DNA from: the human T2T-CHM13v2.0 reference genome, Homo sapiens
Assembly (NCBI RefSeq): GCF_009914755.1
Contig: NC_060937.1
DNA: 64,000 bases
Reading direction: 5' to 3' (one strand)
Shown piece after piece: positions 14,800-29,532 of this stretch; within the stretch, counting starts at the first letter, position 1, and every line of letters starts with the position of its first letter. The notes beneath the pieces were generated by a model. The model was not told the origin of the DNA and made no database searches. It saw only the letters and a program-made list of their open reading frames with translations. The translations under genes and the position numbers were made by a program.

Positions 14800-15388
14800 A
14801 TAGGATAAGTATCCCTTGTCGGAAATGCTTGGGACCAGAACTGTTTCTGATTTCAGATGTCCTAAAATTTTGGAAAATTTGCATTGAAGTTGTCCCTTGG
14901 TATCCATGGTGAATTGTTAGTTCCAGGACTCCCCATCTTCCCCACCTCACAGATACGAAGGTCCACAGATGCTCAAATGCCTTATATAAAAGGGTATAGT
15001 ATTTGCACATAACCTACATGTATCCTCCCACATACTTTACATCATCTCTGGATTCGTTGTGATACCTAACACGATGTAAACGCTATGTAAATAGTTGTTA
15101 TCCTGTATTGTTTAGGGAATCATGAGAAGAAAAAAAGTCTGTACATTCTTAGTACAGACATAACCATCCTTCCCCCTGTTCCCCAAATATTTTTGATCCA
15201 CAGCTGGTTGAATCCATGGATGCAGAACCCACAAATACAGAGGACTGACTGTACTTGCTGACTGAGCATCCCTAATTAGAAAATCTGAAATGTTCCAGTG
15301 AGGATTTCCTTTGAGTGTCATGTTGGTACTCAAAGTATTTCAGATTTTGGAGCATGTTGGATTTTCAGATTTGGAATGCTCAAACTGT
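14800..15388. mobile_element. Tigger4a-like MITE split by a MER2 insertion
   Basis: GTATCCCTT..GGAAATGCTTGGGACCAGAA (14800-14885) resumes at CTGAGCATCCCTAAT...GAATGCTCAAACTGTA (15254-15388). Confidence 0.7.
14886..15253. mobile_element. MER2 (Tc1/mariner-Tigger family MITE)
   Basis: GTTGTCCCTTGGTATCCATGG...CAGCTGGTTGAATCCATGGATGCAGAACCC...GACTGTA. Confidence 0.78.
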
Positions 15389-15559
15389 AGTAGTTATCAC
15401 TGTTATAATGATAGAGGAAATAATGCCAGTAAAGCCTGTAGAACATACGGTCTGGCATGAGAAAAGTATTCATATAAATATTAGCTATTCTTGTTATTCA
15501 GTTATTTTTCTTTCTGCCATATGAAAGCCAAAGGTTTGAGGTAAAAAAGAAACTTCCCT

Positions 15560-17060
15560 ATCTAAATAGGAGACAAGTGCTGATAGCCAAGATAATGGGT
15601 AAAAGGCCTAGACAGCATTTCAGAGATCTAAGACACGGCCCTTCCCATGACAGTCTCCGAGGCCCAGGATCAGGACCTGGAGCAAAGGTCATGCATGTTA
15701 TGCTTTAGCAAAAAATTTGGCTGCATTGTGCCCATGTCCTAGGGATCTGTGGAAGTTTGGACTTGAGAGTGATTTAGGGTATCTGGTGGAAGAAATTTCT
15801 AAGCAGCCAAGTGTTCAACATGTTGCATGGCTCCTTCTAACAGCATATGCTCAGATGCATGAGCAAAGAAATAACCTAAGGCTGGAACTTATACTTAAAG
15901 GGGAGGCAGAACATAAAAGTTTAGAAAATGTGCAACCTGTCCATGTGGTAGAAAAGAAAAGCCCATTTTCAGGAGAATTCAAGGGGGCTGCAAAGCAACC
16001 ACTTGCTAGAGAAATTTCCGAATCTAAATAGAAGGCAAGTGCTGATAGCCAAGATAATGGGTAAAAGGCCTAGACAACATTTCAGAGATCTAAGAGGCAG
16101 CCCTTCCCATTACAGGCCCTGAGGACTAGGATAGAATGGTTTTATGGGCCAGGCTCAGGGCCCCGCAGCCCTCCACAGCCTTGGGACATTGCTTCTTGCA
16201 TCCCAGCCACTCTGGCTCCAGCCATGACTCAAAGTGGCCCAGGTATAGCTTGGGACACGGCTTCAGAGGATCCAAGACATAAGCCTTGGTGACTTTCATG
16301 TGGTGTCAAGCCTGTGGGTGCACAGAGTACAATGGCTGAGGCTTGGCAGCCTCCATCTAGATTTCAGAGGATATATGGAAAAGCCTGGGTATCTAGGCAG
16401 AAGCCTGCTTCAGGGGTGGAGCCCTCATGGAGAATCTCTACTAGAGTAGCGCAGAGGGGAAATATGGGGTTGGAGCCCCTACACAAAGTCCTCACTGGGG
16501 AACTGCCGAATGGAGCTGTGAGAAGAGGGCCACCGTTCTCCAACCCCAGAATGGTAGATCCACTGACAGCTTGTACCCTGAGCCTTGAAAAGCTGCAGAC
16601 ACTCAACAATGCCAGCCCACGAAAGCAGCCATGGGGGCTTAACCCTGTAAAGCCACAGGGGCAGAGTTGCTCAAGGCCTTGGGAGCATACCCCTCCCACC
16701 AGTGTGTCCTGCATGTGGGACACAGAGTCAAAGGAGATTTTTTTGGAGCTTTAAGATTTAATGACTACCCTGCTGGGTTTGGAACTTGTATGGGGCCTGT
16801 AGCCTCTTTCATTTGGCTGATTTACCCATTTTGGGATGGGAATGTTTACCCAATGTCTATAATCCCATTGTGTCTTGGAAGTAAATAACTTGTTTTAGAT
16901 TTTAAGGCTCATAGGTGGAAGGGACTTGCCTTGTCTCAGAACTTTGGACTTTTGAGTTATTGCTGGAATGAGTTAAGACTTTTGGGGACTGTTGGGAAGG
17001 CATGATTGTATGTTGCAATGTGAGAAGAACACATGAGATCTGGGAAGGGCCAGCGAGGGA
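15560..17060 (+). mobile_element. MaLR internal region (MST/THE1-int-like), 5'-truncated
   Basis: TGCCCATGTCCTAGGGATCTGTGGAAGTTTG...AGATTTCAGAGGATATATGGAAAAGCCTGG...ACATGAGATCTGGGAAGGGCCAGCGAGGGAA (polypurine tract) immediately before the LTR. Confidence 0.85.
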
Positions 17061-17800
<740 letters not shown>

Positions 17801-18379
17801 AGTCTACCATAAAAGTGAGGATAGTAGTTACTGGAGAGGAGAGCAAGAGAGAGGGGTTAGTGACTGGGGAGGGGGCAGAAGGGGGATTATCTGGTGCTGG
17901 CAGTGATGGTTGCATGGATATTCTCTTTATGATACATTTTAGCTCTACAAATGTGGTTTACCCTTTTTAGTTAGATTTAATAATCAAGAGATTTTAAAAA
18001 GCACAAAAACAAACCTAAAGAATAAGAACTCATTGGAAAATAATCTGAAAGATATGTAAATTGCATGTTTTAAATAGTTGATTTCTTAAAGGTAAGAAAA
18101 AAGAGAAGTCACTTTGTATCAGGTATCAGAAGGTTTTATTTGTTTGCTTGTTTTTCCCCCCATTGACCGTCTCTATGAGCCCATGTTTTGGACAAGTTTT
18201 AAGATGAACTAACTTAAAGTTTCAGTATTCAAAGTGAGTTAGTGCTATATAAAAAGGGAAATAAAATCACAAGCTTTTAAATCAGAAAGTCTGTGGAAGA
18301 CAGAATAGGACATGTTTTTAGTTGCCAATCTGAGCAATTAAAACGTGGTTAATTTGAATTGGAAAAAAGGTGGCCCTCT

Positions 18380-19955
<1,576 letters not shown>

Positions 19956-20020
19956 ACCAAATAGCACAATTCTAAAAACAGACTTCTGGGAAAACATAAC
20001 ATGGTCCATGGTAGTAGTAA

Positions 20021-20324
20021 TTTTTCTTTTTTTTTTTTTTAGACGGAGTCTCACTCTGTCACCCAGTCTGGAGTGCAGTGTCGCCAACTTGGCTCACTGC
20101 AAGCTCCGCGCCTCCTGGGTTCACGCCATTCTCCTGCCTCAGCCTCCCAAGTAGCTGGGACTACAGGTGCCCACCACCACGCCTGGCTAATTTTTTTGTA
20201 TTTTTAGTAGAGAATGGGGCTTTACTGTGTTAGCCAGGATGGTTTCGATCTCCTGACCTCATGATCCACCCAACTCAGCCTCCCAAAGTGCTGGGATTAC
20301 AGGTGTGAGCCACTGCGCCCGGCC
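20021..20324 (-). mobile_element. Alu SINE (AluY/Sc-like)
   Basis: GCAAGCTCCG..GGTTCACGCCATTCTCC and TTAGCCAGGATGG diagnostics; TSD TAGTAGTAATTTTT. Confidence 0.93.
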
Positions 20325-20497
20325 TAGTAGTAGTAATTTTTATGATATGAACATACACTATTGAGCTCCTGGTCTTCTAGTGGTGTTGCATGTTAGTTTA
20401 ACCTTGTTTAACCAGGATGTTTCCCATAACTTCATCATTAATCATTTTTCTAAATAAAAGCATCTTTATTTAGAATGAACTAATAGGAATCTCCAAC

Positions 20498-20643
20498 CTT
20501 CAGTGCTTCAGTAGCCTTGCGAAGCTCCTTAATAACCGATGATAAAGCTTCTGGGTTAATTCCTTGTTCACAAAGCCGTACACAAATAGACAGAGTTTCC
20601 ATATCTAAGCCAGTATTCAAAATTCTTGAAATCTCAAGCAGAA
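20498..20643 (-). CDS. MZT1: MZT1 coding exon 2 ([49 protein letters not shown])
   Basis: Polypyrimidine tract and CAG acceptor at 20644-20645; AAG|GTTGGA donor; 146 nt, phase 1 to 0; MOZART1 family core. Confidence 0.97.
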
Positions 20644-22123
20644 CTGAAAAAAGATACAAAAAAAAAAAAACTTAAGGCTTACAGCATTTAAAAATATGCA
20701 TATAGTACTTTCATTAATTTATATATCACTGCACAATACCAAGGAATTAGCATAGCATCCCAGGTTTTGGAAATCTGCATGTAATACTTTCTTGCCTTTA
20801 CTTAGTTTTAGAAACTTAAATATAAATATAAACTTACACCTTCCCTTCACATAACTGCCTTTTACATCTTGCTATATATTCTAGCACTTGTTTAATATCT
20901 AACATGTATCCACCATACTTAGGATAATTCTGAACGCTTGCTTATTTTTTAGTATTCTTTTAAAATGCAGTTTAACTAGTCGCATATTATTCCATTTTAT
21001 GGAAACACTATACTTAACTACTCTGTTACTTTAAAAGTTAGGCTGCTCTCATGTTTCTCTCATTAAAATAATATTGGTAAGAATCTGTACATACTAAATT
21101 TTATTTCATTAGGATAAATTTCTAGAAGTAGAACTGCTCAGTCAGTAATATACATATTTAATTTGCTGAATTGACATACAATAGTCAAAAAAAGGTAATG
21201 TACATATTTAAGGCTTTAAAAATGTTTAGAAACTTTTATAACAATTTGACAGCGTAATCATGTCTGTTGAATCTAATAATAAAAATGAAACCTTATATTT
21301 TTTAAACTTCATTTGTATAGTACTGCATTTTATTGTAGTTGATAGAACTCATTGTCTTTAACATGAGAAGCACAAACAGAGAAACTTGGTTTCCAAAGTG
21401 ATTTTCAGAATCCCTTCCATTACAGGTTGTAAGTACACCTGTTTTAAGATTGCTTCCCAGAGAGTATTTAGAATATTTTAAGTCAACTGTCAACATATTA
21501 TCTATTGTTTCCTATATCATTTCCCCTTGGCATTATGCTTAGAAAGTTATTCCCCATGAAAAGATTATATCCACCAGTATTCTCTTCCAGCACTTTGAAG
21601 TTTATTTCCCAAAACCCCCCATAAGTATTTATCTCCCTAGAGTTTGGGTGGAAAATAGGATCTAACTTTTCCTCCCAGAAATGAGCCAGTTGCCCCAGTA
21701 AAATTTATTGAATGACCTAAGTTTTCCCCACCCAGTTGAGATGCCACCTTTATTCATAGTAAATTCCCATATACTTACAAATTTGTTACATGTCTATCTT
21801 TTGTAAGGGCAACCATTTAATTTCTAACTTTATATTGCATGTAGTAGGGTAAACATTCCGTTGTCATCTTTCATTTATATAAGCCATTTTATTCTTCGGA
21901 TGAACTGAACATTTTTCATCAATTCTAAAAACAAATTCCAACTGGATTCTGATTAACTGTATAAAAACTACATTATTATTTTGGGAAGAATGGACAAGTT
22001 ATCAATATTTAGTCACCCATTAATTTAAGTCTAAGTCTTTCTGAAAATTCTTATAGTATTTATCATGTTCATGAGATAGGTCCCTCCCATTTCTTCCATA
22101 TCAGATATTCACTTTCATCCCTA

Positions 22124-22450
<327 letters not shown>

Positions 22451-24889
22451 TCAATTTGAGTCTTAAAAAAAAAAAATGTCTTTCATGCCTCTACTAAACT
22501 TTTTGGAGATATGGAGTATAGTTCTGATGCCCTTGTCTGCTAATTCTAACATCTGTGTGATCGGGGGGGTGTTCGTTACAATTGACTGAATTTTTCACAT
22601 CATGGGTTATACTGTTCTGCCTTGCATATCTGGTAATCTTTGATTGGATGCCATGTACTTAGAATTTTACTTAGGTACCGGATAGTTTTGTATTTCTAAT
22701 TCTTGAGCTTTATAATGAGATACCGTTATCTGGAAATGGTTTGATCCTTTCGGATATTACTTCTTAGATCTGTTAGGCAGGACCAGAGCCCTGTTTAGGA
22801 TAGGGCTAATTATTCCCCTTATGATTGAGGTAAGAATTCTGAGTACTGTATCCAATGTCTTATGAATTACAAAGATTTCCATTCTGGCTGGTAGTTACAG
22901 GCACTATCCTCAGCCCTGTGTAAGCACGGTGCACGGTTCACTCTAATCCTTCTAGATGGTTCCCTCCCAGCTTTCTGAGTACTTTCCTCACACATCTGCT
23001 AATCAATGCTCTGAATACTTAAGGGGGACACTTCTACAGATCTCCAGCATTCTTTCTGTGCAGTTCTCCCCTCTCAGGTACTGTTATTCAAACTCTACCT
23101 GCCTTGGTCTCCCAGGTCTTCTAAACTCCTCCTACTCACTTCAGTGTGTCCACTGGGTTCTCCCTGCTATACTGAGGCCTGGAACTCTCTGAAGGCAGTG
23201 AGCTGGGGCAACCCAAGAAATCACTTTGCTTGTTTCCTGTCTCTAAGGGATCACTGTACTCTGATGCCTGATGTCCAGTGTCTTGAAAACCATTGTTCTC
23301 TATGCTTTACCTGAGTTTTCTTGGTTGTTTCAAGTAGAAGCATAAATCTAATCTCTGTTACTCCATCTTGGCTGGAAGATGACAGCTCTTCCCATTTTCA
23401 TTTCTTCAGTTTTGATATTCCAATTTACTGATACTTTGCTCTTCAGCTGTATCCAGCCTGTTATTCATATTATCTGCTGAATTTATTTCAAATTTATTTC
23501 AGTAGCTTTCAAGATTTCTAATTTCTAATTTCTCACCATAAACACTTGTTTTATAACTAAATGCTTATTTATAGTGACAAATTTCACAGCTGTTGTTCCT
23601 GCCTTCGTCTATTTAAGGCTATATTCTTAAACTGTATTTGAGATTGCTCTATTATCTCTATTTCTTGGAGTATAAGCAAGCAGCAAAAGACAGTGGTTAG
23701 GAGTGTGATCTCTAGAGCCAGACTACCTGTGTTCAAATTCTAGCTGTAGTATTTAGTAGGCAAGTTACTCTCTCTGTGCCTTATTTCACCATTCTCGAAA
23801 GTGAGGATAATAAGAGTACCTGTTTTAAAGGATTAGTGTGAGAATTAAAGGATACACTTAGAATGGTATCCATTTGTTTTGCTGACACTGCCTTGCAGTC
23901 CTTTGGAATGGTGCTTGGCATACGGTAGGGCTCAATAAAAAAGAGTTCCCTGTTACTACCACTTTCCCTCTTTTTCCTTTTCCATGTTAGTTGCTCATGT
24001 TTTTCATCTACCTTAGGTGCTTTGTCATTCTTGGCTGAAAACTCATCTTCCATAGATTTATTTTAGGTGTCCTGGACTGGTGGCCCATTCTAAGATAGGA
24101 AGCCGTACCCTAGCTTTAGGCCTCTAGATCAGGCCTTGTAGTATTTTTGGTCCAGATCCAAAAAACACATGGATGGTGCTTCTCAATCTCTGGCTGTGAC
24201 AAATGGCACATTTCTGAGTCCCAACTTCAGTGAGGCAGGGTAGCATGCTTTGTCAGATTCTATTCCCGACAATCCCCTGCTGTGGTTCCCATCTGCTCCT
24301 TTCTTTTGGGGGGAAACCTCTCTCTTCCTAATCAATGGAGACTTCCCTTCTTGCTTTTGAACAGGTCTATCCTGATAATTATATTTTCTTACTATTTCCT
24401 ATTTTTTTATATGCTTAGAGTTTCAGCAAGTGCTCAATCTACCATATTGAATCTTCACTTTATTTTTGACTGTCTTCACAAATGGATTCTACTTAGCCCT
24501 TGTACATTCTAAGTGGTTACCATCAGTATACTGGAACACTACATATTAAACTTTTTAATCACCAGTCACCTTGATGAATTCTATGATGCTTCTAACAGTT
24601 TTTCAGTTGATTCTCTCCCTTCTCTCTCCAGTTTCCAGTTTGTTCTCTTCATGGTAGACCCCCCCACGTATAAAGGCTATGCTTATTCCTGACTTCATGC
24701 CTTTGTTCTTGCTTTTCTCCTCTGCCTTTTATCCTCCCTTCATATAACTCAATGCTGTTTTCTTAGTCCATCTCATTTGTGGTTTCTTCTTTAAGCCTTC
24801 TTTTCAAATGGACACCTATTTTTACTTCCTATTTTCACAAATCGCCTGTAATCAAAAACTATTTCTTTAGTGCCTACCATATGATCAGT

Positions 24890-25240
24890 ACAGGTTGAAC
24901 ACTCCTAATTCCAAAATCTGAAATGTGAAATGCCGCAAAATCCAAAACTTATTAAGTACTGACATAACACCATAGTGGAAAATTCCACACCTCATATAAT
25001 GGATCAAAGTCAAAATGCAGGTGCACAATACACAGTTCATTCAGCATCCCTGAGGGAAAAAACCAAAATTACCTTCAGGCTATGTGTATAAGGTATATAT
25101 AAAACATACAAGAATTCTGTGTTTGGACTTGGGTCCCATCCCCAAGATATCTCATTATGTATGTGAAAATATTACAAAAAAAAAAATCTGAAATCCAAAA
25201 CATGGTCCCAAGGTTTTTGGATGAGAGATAATCAACCTCT
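24890..25240. mobile_element. Tigger4b-like MITE
   Basis: TA|CAGGTTGA...GGAAAATTCCACACC...GGGTCCCATCCCCAAGATATCTCATTATGTATG...TCAACCT terminal inverted repeats. Confidence 0.75.
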
Positions 25241-25972
25241 AACTATATGTATTTTGTGCCTATTATGCTACTGCTGCAAATACAGTTATGAACAAGGTAT
25301 ATATGGTCCCACTCCTCACAGATATTAGTCCAGGAGGAGAGATAGATATTAAAGTAATAACTGATTCCAGATATAAGTAAAATAGTGGAATACTTCTGAA
25401 ACAAATTACAAGGGCATCTTACCAAGTTTGGAAGGACACAGTGTTTAGCAAAGACTTGTCTGAAGAAGTGACAATTACACTTAGACATCAAAAGTGAGTA
25501 GAAATCAACCAGACTAATACAGAGGCAGGAGGAAGGGTGATGGTTGAGAGCAAAGAAAACAGCTTGTGTGATGGTCCCTACACTAGAGGGAACTTGGTAA
25601 ATTCAGACCTGAACTGCTATTGTGAAGGCAATGTAATTAACGGGGTGAATGGGTATAAAATATGAGGTAAGTCCTAGTGAAGATCTTAGAACTGTGGAAA
25701 GCTACTGGATGATATAAAATAGGAACATAAAAAAATCAAACTTGCATTTTAAGGACTTTTTGGCTGAGTATCAAATGAATCTTTAAAAAGTCCAGTTATA
25801 TCACAATTTTGATAAAAGACTGGTGGGTAGGATGAACAGGAGATATTTAGCCAACCTGAAATGAGTCAAGAATTGAAAGGGCTTAGTGAAGAACAGGAGG
25901 CAGAGGAGGTGAGAAAGCAAGACTGACTTCTAGATTTCTTTCTCAAATGTGCAACTGGATTGATGGTGGTAG

Positions 25973-26278
<306 letters not shown>

Positions 26279-26292
26279 AAAGTGGTGCTACA

Positions 26293-26590
26293 GGCCGGGC
26301 ACAGTGGCTCACGCCTATAATCCCAGCACTTTGGGAGGCTGAGGCGGGTGGATCACCTGAGGTCAGGAGTTCCAGACCAGACTGGCCAACATGGTGAAAC
26401 CCTGTCTCTACTAAAAATACAAAAATTAGCTGGGCGTGGTGGCGGGCGCCTATAATCCTAGTTACTCCAGAGGCCAAGGCAGGAGAATTGGTTCCCATCC
26501 CCAGCTTCAACCTGGGAGGCGGAGGTTGCAGTGAGCCAAGGTCGCGCCACTGCACTCCAGCCAGACTCGGTCTCAAAAAAAAAAAAAAAA
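26293..26590 (+). mobile_element. Alu SINE (AluS-like) with a short non-Alu insertion in the right arm
   Basis: GGCCGGGCACAGTGGCTC...poly(A); extra GTTCCCATCCCCA near 26491-26503. Confidence 0.93.
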
Positions 26591-27670
26591 TAGTGCTATG
26601 ATAAAGCCTCTCATAAGGAATAATTATCAAAATTAAAATTCAGATGCACAGGACGATTTTAGAGGAAAATAAAAATTAAGGTATAAAAAGCAATCAATAG
26701 AGAGTACCTAACATACCAAAAAGTTGAAAAGCAAAAGAGGCAACCATACACAGTGGGTTGCGAGGGGGGTGTTGTTGAAAAGGCACGACTATTTTAAGCG
26801 TGTAGAATTTTAGGGATATAAGGATGAAAGCAGAGATCTCATGCAGACCTTATTCTAAATAGGCAGAGATAGTTCTTTTCAGAGTGAGGTGCACAGATAA
26901 TTTATTAATAGAAAGTCAGCCTGCTTCCTCCCATGTCTTTAACAAAATCCTTTCATTTCATGATCAAAATGCAAATGTAGCCAAGAGTTCTGCAATTCAC
27001 ATGACTTAAAGGGAGGTTCACCAATGCTACCATTGAGGGGAGAAATGGTATTCAAAAAGTTTTGAAAATTTTATTTTTGATCTCACGGGTTGATTTAAAT
27101 ACTGTGTAACACCACATCCCCTCTCCTTCATTTTTTGTTTTACTTCACTTTTTTGTGTTCTTACTCTCTTTATAATCTTCATTTCACACCAAGTTTTCTC
27201 AGAAGAGATCTTGATGATGCAGCCAACACAAACCATCAGTTCTCAATTGTACATCAGTGATTCCACCAGAGAAAATGTGAGTTTTCTGTTCAAATGGGAT
27301 CCTGTGGCCATATACATAAGGAACCTAAGTACAGCTAACCTAAGAAAATAGGCTAGAAGTGAGGTCTTATACTCTACCTTTTTCCAAGGAAATATACAAG
27401 ACAGTAAATTTATATTTATATACACACACATATATATATTCATACATAAATCCACTTACAAAATAAAACTATTAAGTGTTGATACATCGAAAAGGATAGA
27501 AAAATAAGCTGAATATTAAGAGTAACATTCTCAGAAAAACAGCAAGGTAGATACTGAACAAGTGAAAAATTAGATGCAAAGGCTCTAAAAGTGTAATTCT
27601 TTGAAAAGAAAACCAGAACCAGTGCAGAAAAAGCCAGCAGCCCCTCTGCAAGTGCTACATAAGAAAATGA

Positions 27671-27968
<298 letters not shown>

Positions 27969-29048
27969 GAGCCTACGGTGAAGGAGAGAGAGATACAGCA
28001 GTGAGAATTTCATAGGGTTATCTTTTAACAGAGACGGAAGCTGACGTGAGTAGACCCTGGAAAACGTCTAGGCCCACTGCAAATAACAACATCGATCAAA
28101 CACTCATAATACAGGTGGATGTGAGTAAAAAGGAGACAAAGAAAGAAGACTACAAGAGAGAGGCCATCTGAAATAATATAAAAATAATTGATCATCTTTG
28201 ATATGTTTTTACATGGTTGTCTTATTTAAATATTCACAACTCCTGGAGGTAGGGTTTTATTTTACAGAAAAAAAAAAAAAAAAAAAACTAAACAGGCTCA
28301 ATGATGTTTAAGTATCTAGTCCAAGCTCACCACAGGGGCATAAAGTGGCAGAACCGACATTAGAGGGTAGACAGAGGGTAACCGCAAGACACAAATTTCG
28401 TGTTCTGCAACACTTGTGTAGGCTTCACACACACGTGCCTCCGGGGCCGAAAACAGGCGACACCATAGCACTTGGGCACTGGTGTCACCCGCTTCAAGAG
28501 GAAACTAGGATAATTATGACCAAAGGGGAACTTGTTCATTCGCCGGATATTAAAGGTGCCTACTTAAGTGCGAAGAACAGGAGGCATAGCGGTGACCAAA
28601 CACCTGGCCCCTGTCCCCGCCGGGATCCCAACCTTGGGGACCCCCGAAGCGCCCCGGGCGGGAATCGGGTGGGACGCGGCACGCAGGAGGGAACGGGTGT
28701 ACTGGGTGGGGTGGGCGTGGCGCTGTCACCGCAGGAGATCGGGCGGGTAGGGCGGACCTGGGATGCGGGATAGAGGGGGCGCGGCATTCGCGCTAGAGGG
28801 ACGCGGTGCGCAACCGGCTGACTAGGGGCCGCAACGCCTAGCGCGCGCGACAAACTACGCAGCGGCGGAGACAACTCTCAAGGGATAGGGCCATCAGCCC
28901 TGCGGCCCTGGCAGGTCCCTACCAAAGATCTTGGAAGATGCCGTTTGGGGCACTAAGGGGACCTGAAGTCCTCCCCAGGCTCATTCCCGCCTGGGGGCCT
29001 TGGCTCTGGGAAGGCACGCAAGGTAAAGGGAGCGCAACGGACACTCAC

Positions 29049-29127
29049 CGTCCATGGTCTCCCGCACCGCATTCAGATTCGCCGCCGCGGCCGCCGCCGC
29101 CGCCCCAGCACCGCCGCTACTCGCCAT
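29049..29127 (-). CDS. MZT1: MZT1 coding exon 1 (mitotic spindle organizing protein 1 / MOZART1, gamma-TuRC subunit): MASSGGAGAAAAAAAANLNAVRETMD
   Basis: GCC ATG G Kozak at 29127; G|GTGAGT donor at 29048; 79 nt joins exon 2 in frame. Confidence 0.97.
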
Positions 29128-29449
29128 GGCTAAGGCCGAGGGAGGCGGGAGAAGGGCCTGACCCGGAACTGGAGCGCCTTCCTCTCTCCGAGGCAATCAC
29201 ACAGCGCGTCTCGGCCCACGCCGGGCAGGCTCCGCCCCTCGCGCTCGCCGCCGGCGTGAGGCTGCGTTGATTTGAATTTGGAGCCACGTTCCTCTGCGCG
29301 GAACGTGGAGCGAGGAGTTGCCATTCGAATTTCCTACGCGGCCTCCGTGCGATTGGCTGGTTCGCGGATGGCGGGACGACACGATTGGCTAGTCGCTCAC
29401 AAGCCCCGTGCCCTGGTTGGCCCAAGACAGCGCGGAAGCGGGGAGTTAA

Positions 29450-29532
29450 AGAGTCTATGCCTGTCGTGGAAGCTGGCCTGGCCCCCGGAGCTCCCTGGAG
29501 TCGGTACTGGGGGCTTCGTTTTGTACGCACCG
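29450..29532 (+). other. BORA: BORA exon 1 (5'UTR in the 559-aa isoform; 5' end approximate)
   Basis: CCG|GTAGGT donor at 29532/29533 inside the CpG island, downstream of the CCAAT boxes; TSS cannot be fixed from sequence alone. Confidence 0.7.

Noticed and set aside
15717-16888. ORFs of 104-146 aa in MZT1 intron 2
   Set aside because: They lie within the decayed MaLR internal region, with no splice or start-context support.
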